A stretch of 64,000 nt of DNA, from NCBI GenBank assembly GCA_026770705.1, contig JANJGN010000004.1, positions 141,794,001 to 141,858,000 of the forward strand, read 5' to 3'. Position 1 is the stretch's first letter; each line of letters opens with the position of its first letter. Below, piece after piece: positions 52,481 to 64,000 of the stretch. The position numbers and the translations under genes are program-made. This stretch comes from Isurus oxyrinchus (lineage: Eukaryota). The notes under the pieces are model-generated. The model did not search any database, had not been told where the DNA came from, and worked only from the letters and a program-made list of their open reading frames with translations.

Positions 52481-55400
52481 TGAACCAAAATGGAGGGAAT
52501 AGCTAACAGCAGATTTTATTGCTTTATTTATTCTTCCCTATGTTGTCCATTCATTTGTTGAGTTACAGGTTTAAGTGGATGGGAACGGCTATGCATCTGA
52601 ATAACCTGACATTTATTGCATGTAGAGGGGGAAGCATTTCCCAGCAGTGGTCCAGATCACAGCTCCCTACTGTAGTGTTATGGAGGAATCCAAATAAATA
52701 TAAATACTCGTAAAAATGTAAAAATTTAGGTTCAAAACATGCGCACTATTAGTGAAATTGTTAACACTTTTAATTTAAAGAAAAGAAGCTATAAAATATA
52801 GCCAAAGAAATTCTATGCAAACAAACAAATCATTGCATTAACACAGTGTATTATAGATCAATTATCTAACTGTCCATTACTTGCAGAGAGCTTCAACCAC
52901 CAAATGTCCCTGTGGCGGAATCATGGACCTGCTTCCCAGCAAGCAAGGCTAGTGATTGAAGATTACTGGTAGCATTCATTCGGAAATCAGTTCCTAACTT
53001 GATCCATGTCACTGAATTTGAGGGGAGTCATTTGACTTTGGACAATATTGTGAAATGGACAAAATTGGATCAACTGTCTGTTGTACATCTCTCCTCTATT
53101 ATCTTCATGGACTATCACCCAAAGTCAAAATGATAGGTGAGTTACGTAAACTCCAGAATCCAGGGAAACTTATTTTATTAGTCAACTATTACATACTTGG
53201 TCTAAATCATACTTACATTGTAATCAGCGCATAGTTCCTTATTGTATGGTTCCTGCCATTCCAGCCATTATTGAAATATGTCACTTTCTATCACTGAAAC
53301 CTTTTGAACTCCTCCCCATACGAATGTCTTAAAGAAAGTTCAGCTTCTAAGCAGTAATACACCTGCCTATAAGACATAATTCAACCTCTTCCCTGGCAAT
53401 AGTCCTAAATTATTTTCACTTATTTCAACATATATTTATAGCAAACTAACAGCAGTTATGAATGAGTGTTATTTGGTATTTTTTCCAAGTGACAAAAAAT
53501 ATCACCTCTGAGTAGAAAAGAAAGTGTCAATGTGTTATTTTTAATTTACTTCAGAGGCTATATTTTACCCCTTGTCTGAAATAGAGCCCCTAACACTTTG
53601 CTTTAAAAGTTATTTATGATCTGGTAACACAGGAGTGAGTGTGTACAATTGTTAAACAGGTGATGTTGTGCACTGCAATTTCCATGTTACAACCAGCAAG
53701 ATCAGCCAATCATGACACACCTGTAATAGTGGTGCTTTAATGCTGCTTGAATAGCTAACAAATCACTTAATCAGAACTGACAATGGAAAGTTCATGAATC
53801 AAGCTGCGGTCTGCACAATACTTTTACGAAATAGTAGACTGGAAATGAAGAAAGCCCAATTTACCCGCAAGTACTATATGCAGATAGAACTATTTGAATT
53901 CTTGAAATATATTTCTCAGTGCACTGACTGCTCTATCACCTTTGACCTTTTGAGATGTTTATATAGATAGATTCTATTTGACACTTTCTGGATTAGCAAA
54001 ATGGGAACAAACAGAATTTTAACAAAAGGCACTTTGCAGTATCCAAACAGTTCCACTACCCAAACAAATACCATAGATCACTTTTTAATTTTCTCCTTGA
54101 ACATAACCATACTCATGTCTCCTGACAGCACAATTTATTAATATATTAATGACAAAAAATATTATCTTATGAAGAAAGAACAATTTGAGAACCTGCTCAT
54201 CGGTCAACTCTTGTTGGCTGCAATAATCTATCAGAAAATGACCAGCTCCCACTTCCCTCCCACAGCTTTTTTTCCCCCAAATCAACTAATCTGTTAGTGA
54301 GTATAAACAAGGTATTAATAATCATATTAATAATCATTAATAATTAATGCAGGGCAGGCTGATTTTAATTCATTGCACTTGCTATATGTAAACAAAGTTT
54401 AAAAGCTTCCCTATTAACTGTGTGCTGTTATCATGTATGTGCAATTGAGAAGCGTACTGCGTTCGTTCCAAATAAACCTCCTGTCTCCCCAGCTGTCACG
54501 CATAGTTATGGCCATCAATCAGGGACTGGAAGTGGCCAACAACTGTGTGGCCCTATAGAAGTGAGAAAAGGATAATGCTAACATGCTTTGTCTCACTCTG
54601 CTGCCACAGGCTGTCATTAATGGACTAACAGCAGGCTGCAACAGCATGGGGCAAATTTCAAGGAGACTGAGTGTGACAGTGGTACAGATAAAAAACAGTT
54701 GTATCAGAGCCTGTTTCAAGTCACCAGTAGTGACAGAAGAAACAGGAGAGCTGCCTTCTTCACTAAAGGATGTACATTTGTGTTGTTACAGGGGAACCTG
54801 TCTAAAATATGCTGTTCCATGGATAAAAAAAGAGCAGAAGACTGAAAATTGGCACAATATTTGACATGGGCCTAAACACTATCCGATTAAATCAGGCCTG
54901 TAAACATCTGAATAATATGGTGCTAATTAAAGTTCTTGTATTTATATATGATATACAAATTCTGGTAAAGGTGACTTGTGGCATGAGTGAATTTTGCCTG
55001 ATACATTTCACACTGACTACACACAGATGGAATCGGCCCGGGTTTTTGGCTGTTGTGGAATTTAAATGCAGCTTGTGCGCTCCTAGCATGCTTTGTATTA
55101 TGCATTGGGAGACTAGGCAGAAGCAGAAACCTGCAGATGCTCCTTAAAGCAGCTCCTGCTTTTCTGGTTGTGGCAAACTCTGAAATTATGAGCGGTGCAA
55201 ATGTAGGTGGAGTCGGCTAATGTCGAGATAACAGAAAGGACCACCAATGTCAGAGAAATTGTTTTGAATGGTTGTGTTCAGTATTAAAGTTGATACGGAA
55301 TCAAATGGAGCAGATAAACATCTGATCTAAATCAATGATGAAATGGCAGGAAAGATTGAAGCCGAACCTCAGCATAAGATCCAACTATTTCCTGTTGCTG

Positions 55401-55689
55401 CATACATACAGGTATATACTTTGCTGCAATCTTTATAGGTGCACAATTCTGTAGGGCCTCCTGCCAACAGGAGAACACATTCAAATTCCAGCTGTTGCAA
55501 GGATTTGACCCCAATATCCTCCAAAATTAGTGCACTAGTAGGAGGTTCAGCACACAGTAGCTAGGCATCTTTTCCTCCCACCTTTGTAGCACTGAAAGAA
55601 GAACTCAGTGCAAAACATGCACAAAGACAAAGAACTCAATTTTCCGGCCCCTGGAATTCTGACACACAGAAGTTTTATTTTAGGCCCAG

Positions 55690-56280
55690 GGGCAGAAGCT
55701 CACGTCCCATTGGCGGGCGCACGCCTGAGCCAATAGTGCGTAAAATCGCGCAAGATAATGTCAGCCGATATTTCGCTTGGCGGGAGCATACAAAAGCCGG
55801 AAGTGCTTCTGCCGACAATTAAGAGGTCAATTAAGCCCATTAACAGTGCAATTGTCTGCGAGTTCTCGTGGTCCGTCCAGCCTTATGGTTGGTGGACAGG
55901 CGATTCGGCCTTTATATTTTTCATGAAGCCTCATCCAAGGGCAGGATGAAATCTCCGTTAGGAAATAAAATTAAAAAAATCATCTGGGAACAACACTTTT
56001 ATGAGATATGCTTTCAGGTGCATGATTGTGATACATGGGCATTTTTTTTTGCAGCTTTTTAATGCTTCGTTTCATTATTTGCAGGTCTGCAGCTCCCCAA
56101 AGCAGCTCTCTGCCTTCAGAGAGCTCTCTCGACGTGCTCACCCACGTCAGCTGTGACATCATCACCAGCCCTCTTCCTGAACTGACCAGCCCAGTGCGAA
56201 ATCGCGGTCGGGGGCCCGTTTCCTGGCTGCTCCCGGGCCCGCCAATATCGCGCATGCCTGAGGAGAGAAAAATTCAGGCC
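55690..56280 (+). mobile_element. Diverged MITE of the same family
   Basis: GGGCAGAAGCTC / AAAATTCAGGCC; shared CCTCATCC..GGATGA hairpin; TSD not clean. Confidence 0.6.
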
Positions 56281-57035
56281 ATGAGCTGGATTTTTCTTCT
56301 AACCCAGCCACTGGTGGGGGCAAGTCAGCATGTATCAGTACCAGCCCCCAGCCCAGATAAATGGGACCGGGTTAGCAGCAGGAAGGCACCTGGCTGTAAA
56401 TGCACCTTCCAAATCCAAAAAAATCTTCACTGATAAGAAGGACTGATCAGCCAGTATTGTGGCAAACCATATAACATGCAAAAAGAGAAAGGAAAAGGGG
56501 TTATATTTTCCTTCTGGGCTGGGAAATGGATGTTTCCCAGTCTGGCACCTGCTCCTGGACGGGAGGCTGGATGGGGCTGAAACAGTCTCTGACCCAGTTT
56601 TCATGAGGGCACCCCTTTAATTGGCCTGGGAACATGTTTGGCAGCCAGTTAGTGGCCTCAGGGGTGGGAACAGAGTTGAGACTATTGAAGTGCAGACCTG
56701 ATTTAAACAGACCATGTCAGCCACTACTGTGATTGTCGTTTCATTGCTTTACCTTCAGTATAAAAGATGTTGGAGGAGAGGCTGCCTCCTGCAGCATCTC
56801 AAGGCAGCTCCTTCCTCACTGGTAGGCCCAATGCTGAAGTTATGGTCTCTGTTGTTTTCCTGCCCCTCAACCCTCTCCTCTAATCTCCTGATGCCCAGGG
56901 CTCAGTCATTCCTGTGGGATGTGTTGCTCTTCGTTGTGACTGGGCCCAAAAATCTGAGGGTCATGCCCCCATTGTCAGCTGCTGCCTTCCTTATGCTCAG
57001 GTGATCCCCTCTCATGCTTGGCAGCCTTGAGCGCC

Positions 57036-57105
57036 CCCCCCAACCCCATCTCATTTTTTGGCCCTATGACCCCCCCAACCCCATCTCCTTTTTTGGCCCT
57101 ATGAC
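57036..57105 (+). repeat. 35-bp tandem duplication
   Basis: CCCCCCAACCCCATCTCMTTTTTTGGCCCTATGAC twice, one mismatch. Confidence 0.85.
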
Positions 57106-57701
57106 GTCAGGAGAGTAAAGACCCACCACATTGCCCGAGGGCCTACTGCCCACTCTCCCCACAAGTTGCCTTGTTTCAAGGGCACCTGTTTCCCAATGGC
57201 CAAGTCACCCTCTGCTCATGTGGCCCACCTAATTCCTTGAGCCAGCCATGACTGGTTCTCCAGTCCACTTACATTCACCTGGTCTGCCTCAGAAAGCATG
57301 TGCAGCCCATGCATGCCTGACAAAATCAGAGCATGCCCCTTAATGAGCGCTCAATGAGCCCTATAACAATATTAATTGTGTTGTTTGTGGATCAAGGTGG
57401 GAATCTTAGATTTATCCTTCCCATACCCTTGGTGAAACTTGCCAACTCTGTGAATAGTGCTAGGAAACCGACACACTGGGCGGCACATGTCCCCCACCGC
57501 TGTACTTGCCCTGTGCGGTATGTGAACAGTCAGACCCTGGTGTGCTCTTGTAGGGTGTGAGCATTGCTGAGAAGGCAAACATTTGATGCCCATCCCTGTT
57601 TGCTCTTGAGAAGATGATGGTGAGCCATCTTCTTGAACCTATCTGCTGCCCATAATTATTTTACTGAGAAATCAAAATGATGGGTTACCTCCTCTAATAC
57701 A

Positions 57702-57729
57702 ACACACACACACACACACACACACACAC
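57702..57729 (+). repeat. (AC)14 microsatellite
   Basis: Perfect AC run. Confidence 0.95.
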
Positions 57730-58039
57730 GGTTAAAAAGGTAGATGACAATCAGTAAAGTGTCTCTCAAAATACTTGTTCAGGCATATGAGTTAAAATAA
57801 AACAGAATGCATAGAAAGTTAATTGATCAACAGGATATAGAGATAAGGTAGATGTGAGTTGCTCAGAACTGAGGGTGAGAAAAGGCAGGAATCAGTGCTA
57901 GATATAGTTTTGTCTTTGGAACATATTGATGATTTGCATTTGGGTGATGGGGAACAAAACCTTGTCATTTGTTTATGATGCAAAAGTAGCAGGCCATAGC
58001 AAACAGTGAAGAAGAGTGTAAAGCCTTCAGGAAGGTATA

Positions 58040-59599
58040 GGGCAGAATCGTCCCAGATTTGCACTAAGTGCAGTAACCGTCGGGTAAAACAGCTGCAACG
58101 GTGGATTTTCATCCCGTATCATCCCAAACCCACAGCATTACTTATGCATTCCCGGGAAACATGCCATTTTAATGGCAGGCAGGGTCTCCTTCACTCACCA
58201 CGCCATCACCTCGCCACTTCATCACACTGGACGCCATATTTAAAGTCAAGCTGTGCGCACACATCTCAGTTCTTCCATCCCACGACTACTGCAGGGAAGA
58301 TGTCCATGAAAGGCAAAAAGACTGGAACCCTCAGGTTTAGTGACACATCACTGGAATACCATTTGGAGGCCGTGGAGGCCTGCCATGATGTCCCCTATGC
58401 CTGCTCTGGCCACAGGATGGGCAGCAGTGTGACCAACCAGGCTTGGGAGGTGGTGGCAGTGGTGATCAGTGCCAGTGCTGTACAGAAGAGGAGGTGGTGG
58501 CATAGTGGTATTGTCACTAGACTAGTATTCCAGAGGCCCAGGGTAATTCTCTGGGGACCCAGGTTCAAATCCCATTGTGACAGATGACGAAATTTGAATC
58601 CAATAAAAATCTGGAATAAAGTCTGATGGTGACCATGAAACCATTGCTGATTGTTACAAAATCCCATCTGGTTCACTAATACTCTTTGGTCTGGCCTACA
58701 TGTGACTCCAGGCCCACAGCAAATGTGGTTGACTCTTAAAATGCTCCCTGAACAAGGGTAATTAGGGGTGGGCAATGAAAGCCAGTGACACCCACATCCC
58801 ACAGAAAAATAAAAGAGGGTTGGCCATCCAAGATAGAGGATGAATGATCTCATCTGTGCAGCCAGGGTATGGCAACCATCTTATCATTCTAAACTCACAC
58901 ACTCAAGCCCATCATACTCACTGTCAGCTCAAGGGACATCACCACCCATTCTCTCACATTTCTATTTGGCCTCATCTCCTCTGGGGCTTGCTTCCTCAGC
59001 CCCCACCATTTTGAGGCAACTTGCACAGATCAACATGTGCCCCCACACACACCCTGGGTTACCCTCCTTCCCCAGTACAGACCTTGGTCTGCAGTCTGTT
59101 TTCTCCCCCTTCACCAAGCAAGCCCTAGACATGCAACCATTGAAAATCAACCCACATATGGCTGACCTGGTAGATAGAGACCTGCCCATGAACCCCATTA
59201 AAAGTGATGTGGTGCTGGCTGTGAAGCCTAGTGCTTGTGACTGTGAGCGCTGACTGAAGCAATGTAGGCAAACAAACCTTGAAGTCCTGAGTGAAGTGCA
59301 GCCCGCCAGGTGCACATTGCTTATGTGCTGTTGTGAAACATGTCAGTGTGTTTCCCACTGACTTTGGCAGATGATCCAGCTGGGGGGGTATCGATTCCGG
59401 TGGGCAGGCCTAATAATGATGCGCTGATGTATTACAATGAGGTTCCTGATGTCCGATGGCAGGAAACGCAGCCTGCCATTGGTGGGCTGAGTGGATGATC
59501 GTGAACTGGGTTCAGGGTGTTGTGAAACCAATCGTGCCATATTTTCTGCTCATGCCACCATACATGCCTGACGCCAGCAAGCATGGAAAATCCCAGCCA
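58040..59599 (+). mobile_element. Non-autonomous Harbinger-type element with Myb/SANT exon 1
   Basis: Ends GGGCAGAATCGTCC / GGAAAATCCCAGCC; LRFSDTSLEYHLEAV...QAWEVVAVVISASAVQKR, then a SINE, then RMNDLICAAR and a GT donor. Confidence 0.68.
58492..58812 (+). mobile_element. Full-length tRNA-derived SINE sharing head, body and tail with the APE-RT LINE
   Basis: A-box TGGCATAGTGG 58498-58508; B-box GGTTCAAATCC 58562-58572; LINE tail; TSD AAGAGG at 58486-58491 and 58813-58818. Confidence 0.85.
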
Positions 59600-60279
59600 T
59601 ATACTGGAATGGACTGACTGATACAACTGAATACAGATAATTGTGACGTGATGCATCTTGGCAGCATAAACAGGGAACAGGATTGTCATCATTGGCTGTC
59701 CCTCAATTCGAAAATGATGTCTGCTCAGGGTCGCTCGTTTTTGCCATGGGTCTCTATGTGGCCAAGCACACATAAACAGGAGCATGTAATTATGGGAAAG
59801 ACACTGTGTGGATTTTAATATAGGTGATGGGGTCCTTGCCCACAGACTGAAGAGCCGGCAAGAGCCCTACATTGCCTACTTTCAGGAAGGCCCGCTGCAT
59901 TAAGTGCCAACCAGGCACTTGACTGGACAGCAATGGTCCTTCCCGGGATCAAGGACCAGGTGGGACAGGCCGGTGTGGGAATTCCATTCCTGAGAGCTGC
60001 CAATCCTCTCTGCATTGCTCAGCAGCACTACCAACAGGATGGTGGCTGCTGCCGATAATGCACCCATCTGCAGCCCAGAACCCAGGCCACAGGTGAGTGG
60101 AGGCAGGAAGGGGATTGCAGACACGGTGAACGAGGAGGTTGAAGAGGGTGAGCAGCAAAGCTGGGGGCTAGCTTCCAGCCGGTCATTCCCCCACCTTCTG
60201 ATGCTGGATCCCTTGATCAGTGCTATCGAACACGGGGGTCCCCGAAAGCTGCACTCAACCCTACAGGGTTTACTTTACT

Positions 60280-60557
60280 GGTTTCCCACATGGTGCGTCC
60301 CTTGCACATCACCTGCAATTTCCCCTCCAAACCATACACCATCCTAACTTGGAAATATATCGCCGCCAATCCTTCACTGTCATTGGGTCAAAATCCTGGA
60401 ACTCCCTTCCTAACAGCATTGTGGGTATACCTACACCACACGGACTGCAGCGGTTTAAGAAGGCAGCTCACCACCAGCTTGTCAAAGGCAATTAGGAAAG
60501 GGCAATAAATGCTGGCCTAGCCAGTGATGTCCACATCCTGTGAAAGAATTAAAAAAG
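60280..60557 (+). mobile_element. 3' fragment of the tRNA-headed LINE family
   Basis: GSKSWNSLPNSIVG...LQRFKKAAHHQL plus family tail. Confidence 0.8.
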
Positions 60558-61666
60558 AGCTTACTATGGTGTGCTATTTAAAAACAGGAATGAGAAACTG
60601 GCCCTGATACTGACTGAAAGATTGGGCGGGAGCAAGGGCAAGCTTTCTCTGCAGCTATAATCAGCCAGTTCCCCACCGGGAGGCCATTGGCTGCAACACA
60701 CTTTATTCGGCGTTTATAAATGGTAGGAGCAGGAGCCGGCAGACCACACAGTTCTGGATTGGACTCTTACAACCTTAGCTCTTCAAATCCATAATTTGAG
60801 CTTTTCTACAGACTGCAGAAACACTCCCAAATGAGCAATGTGATGGCACATGTTTTTTTTCAGGGGGATTAGCTGTTATGTAGCAAGAGGTACACTTTTA
60901 GCCTCTTTAGAATAGAAGATTACCTTGAGATTACCCTAGGTTAATGCAGTCAGATTACATTGGGAGATTGTATTCAGTTTGGATCAAGCTGATTTGAACT
61001 GAATGTGATCTCTCAGCAGTACATTCACCTCTACCCTGACCCTGTCCATATGTCAAATAGGATTACCTTATCAAACTACCTCAGGCAGCATTGTATTTCT
61101 CCAGGAGACAGTGTTTGCCACAGCTACTTTTAACTGCTATCAGAGCATAGATCCTTGGATCAGAGTAAGTTACTCCATGCCATTTAGATAGCACACCTCA
61201 TTTTAGAATGGATGTACTGTGAGTTTTCTTCTTGCATATGTAAATAGCACCAGTCTGTACTAGGAAATGGGTCAGATGCCCAGGAGCTTATGCATGTTAT
61301 ATATAAACATTTTTACATTTTTAAAATGTATTTCATAATTATTTTATTATATTTTTAACATGCACTATTTGACATTGGAAAATGAGCCTGAAACAAAATT
61401 GGATGTTATATGTAGTGGCCTTTAATGAGAGGTGAAAGAGTGGTCAGTGGGAATACACGTCAGGGACTGAATTTTGAAAGTAGCAGGCAGTCACGGTCGG
61501 GAAATGGCCTGGCACCCGCCATATCATGCTGGTGGACCAATTAACTGAAAAGCGGCTCTTCACTGGTCAGGAAGGGTCGAGGGGGTAGGGGCCTGTCAGC
61601 TGCTGCGTCCAATGGCGACCCAGTGGCCAGTTTGAAAACAGTCCAGGTAGCCCCAAAAAGGCTGCC

Positions 61667-63538
61667 ATGGAAGGACATCTGTCCTGCGACATCTTAATGG
61701 AGTTAAGTGCAGTTAGAGACACCAGGTGGGAGGGCAAGTCAGATGGACACTTGGCCCCTAGCTTTTCAGATGAGTGCCTCGTGGTCCTGCTGGAGGAGGT
61801 GGCTGCCGTGAGGGACACCCTTGTCCCTGGAGATGGAAGGAGGAGGCTACAACACCTCACAAAGAGGGCATGGGTGGAGGTGGCAGCAATAGTGAGCAAC
61901 CATGACATGGTGCGGTGCACATGAGTGCAGTGCTGGAAGCGGTTCAATGACCAGCTGTGCTCAGGAACAGTGAGTACCATGTTGGCATGGGTCAGCGTGC
62001 AGAAATGTGAAGTTGTGGCCATCCCCTCAACTCAGGGGTGCTAGAGTCTGAGTGTCAACTGTCAATGACACCAGAGCTGGTCAAGGGGGTGAGGCCTGGC
62101 TGCTTGGACTGAGTGCCTTGCGGCTCGAGGCCCATGACTCAGATGTGCCCTGCAAGGTGCTCCTCAGGTGGGGTTGGCCAAGCTGCAATAGCGCTGCACG
62201 TAGATAGTGGACTAATCCACGCTCCTCTGTCCTTTCAGAAGAATACAAGCCATAACCAAGCAGAGAGAGCACGTACAGGTGGAGCCATGCCCAAGCTGCT
62301 GCTGCTCAGCAGGTTTGAGCAAGACGTCTGAGAGCTGGAGAGCTGGCATGCTCCCCGTGCAACCGGGCATGGAGTGTGGGGGTGCCAGGCGAAGGTAGGA
62401 GTGCAGTGCACAGAGGTGAGAGTTTTGGGTTATGCAACCGTTGTAGTGTAGTCTCTTCATTGATGTGAGCCTTGAACCTGGAGTCCCTTTTGATCATTGG
62501 AAGATGATGGCACCGTGATGCAGATCTCCATTGTCTCACCAGGGTGCCTGGCATGCAGGGTGACAGTTTAGTGACAGTGATGGCTTTAACTAATGACATG
62601 ACCTTGTTCACTCTTTTAGGTTTGCCAGCACATACTCGCTCTGCAGACCCTGAAGGACCACCGCTGATGCTGGAGGGCCACCTGCGTCACACCCGCTCTC
62701 TGAAGCAGGTACCTGCGCAGTTACCAGCACCTCAATAGACATTAGATGGGCAGCTAGATCGTCGGTGCATATTGGTGAGAGCACTTTGCACTCACTTGAG
62801 GTGCAGGCAGAGGCACTGGGCGCTGGCAATCAGACCAGGATGATGCTCAGTTGAAGGCAGATGATGAGCCTCTAGAGTCGTCCATTAGGTGACAGATGCT
62901 GGATGCCCAGTGGGCCGTGTGGGTGGATCTGGTGGAGATCCAGGAGGGTATGTGTGCCATGGCCTCTGTTGTGGAGGAGTCCATGCAGAGCATGACAACT
63001 GTGTTGACCCTCATGGCCAAGCGCACTGCCCCCTCCATTGAGAGAGCGGCGACTCTCATGGAGAGGCAACTCCAGGAACAGAATCGGGTTCCTGGGGTTG
63101 CGCTCGGACCTGCAAGCCCTCACACAGGCAATGACCTCAGGTGGTCAGTGCCAGTGTGGGAGATGGATGAGGTGCCCAGCATCCCAGCTAGGTTGTTGTC
63201 CATCCATGTTGTGCAGGGAGATTCAGAGCGACGTCAAGTTGGTGCACGAGCTGATTGTCACCTTTGCAGGCTCCTCTCAGGGTACTCTGGATGGAGGCAG
63301 CAGCTCCTCCACCCCTCTGCCAGTGACCGTGACATCTGATGAGGCTGCAGTGACAATGGTGGCATTGGCCACTCCCTCCCAGGTGGGGCCAGCACAGACT
63401 CCTCTGACCAGAGGACACCTAGCAAGGTCATCAAGGCCAACAAGACACCAGAGTCAGCAGGCTGCCTCCATTGCCGATGCAAGCGAGTGGGGGGCACCAA
63501 GATGTAGCACTTGCAAATGTATGTTTAAGGCACCATAA
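61667..63538 (+). pseudogene. Three-exon Myb/SANT-like (MSANTD/NAIF1-type) gene of a Harbinger-type element starting at about 61464
   Basis: Exon 1 61667-61969 (APSFSDECLVVLLEEV...AWVEVAAIV...T*VQCWKRFND) with GTGAGT donor; exon 2 62239-62394 (SHNQAERARTGG); exon 3 from 62620 with a coiled-coil-like segment; in-frame stops and frameshifts; TIR-like GGACTGAATTTT at 61464. Confidence 0.72.
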
Positions 63539-63631
63539 GCATGAGAAGGACAGTTCAAGGTTGATTTTCTGTTCATTTATGTTTGGTATTCTGGGGTGCA
63601 CATCAACACCTGTAATGTCGTAATGATTCCA

Positions 63632-63962
63632 ATTTTTTTTATTCATTCACAGGATGTGGGCTTCATTGGCTGGGCCAGCATTTATTGCCCATCCTTATTT
63701 GCCCTTGAGAAGATGGTGGTGAGCTCCTTCTCGAACCGCTGCGTCCATGTGGTGTAGGTACACCCACAGTGCTGTTAGGGAGGGAGTTCCAGGATTTTGA
63801 CCCAGTGACAGTGAAAGAACGACCATATATTTCCAAGTCAGGATGCTGTATGACTTAGAGGGGAACTTCTAGGTGGTGTTCCCATCTATCTGCTGCCCTT
63901 GTCCTTCTAGGTGGGACCGGTCGTGGGTTTGGAAGGTGCAGTCTAAGGAGCCTTGGTGAATT
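63632..63962 (-). mobile_element. 3' fragment of the tRNA-headed LINE family
   Basis: Near-identical to 44698-45060. Confidence 0.8.
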
Positions 63963-64000
63963 TGACAACAATATTAAATTTACTTTGGTTCTGATGGCCT

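Noticed and set aside
52887-52968. Candidate exon SFNHQMSLWRNHGPASQQARLVIEDY
   Set aside because: Weak donor, no recognisable protein similarity, no partner exons
58492-58585. Functional tRNA gene
   Set aside because: No clean acceptor stem or terminator; continues into a SINE body and tail bounded by a TSD

Overview
Eukaryotic, repeat-dominated genomic DNA with a 352-N assembly gap at 48630-48981. The repeat mix (CR1 LINEs, Deu-type SINEs, Penelope-like elements, PIF/Harbinger-type MITEs and Myb/SANT remnants) suggests a vertebrate, most likely a cartilaginous fish; this is inference. I could not support any host protein-coding exon, rRNA, genuine tRNA or CRISPR array, and almost all listed ORFs are transposon fragments or spurious. 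Most notable: (1) a roughly 3.1-3.2 kb APE-RT non-LTR retrotransposon family that begins with a tRNA-like Pol III head, has no room for ORF1, is nearly free of sense-strand TTTT, and has SINEs that look like internal-deletion derivatives; (2) a near-intact Penelope-like RT/GIY-YIG element and several hammerhead-ribozyme-like motifs; (3) Harbinger-type elements carrying spliced Myb/SANT pseudogenes, plus MITEs with covarying internal hairpins; (4) several short locally templated insertions and inversions. All calls are by eye; boundaries are approximate unless a TSD is quoted.
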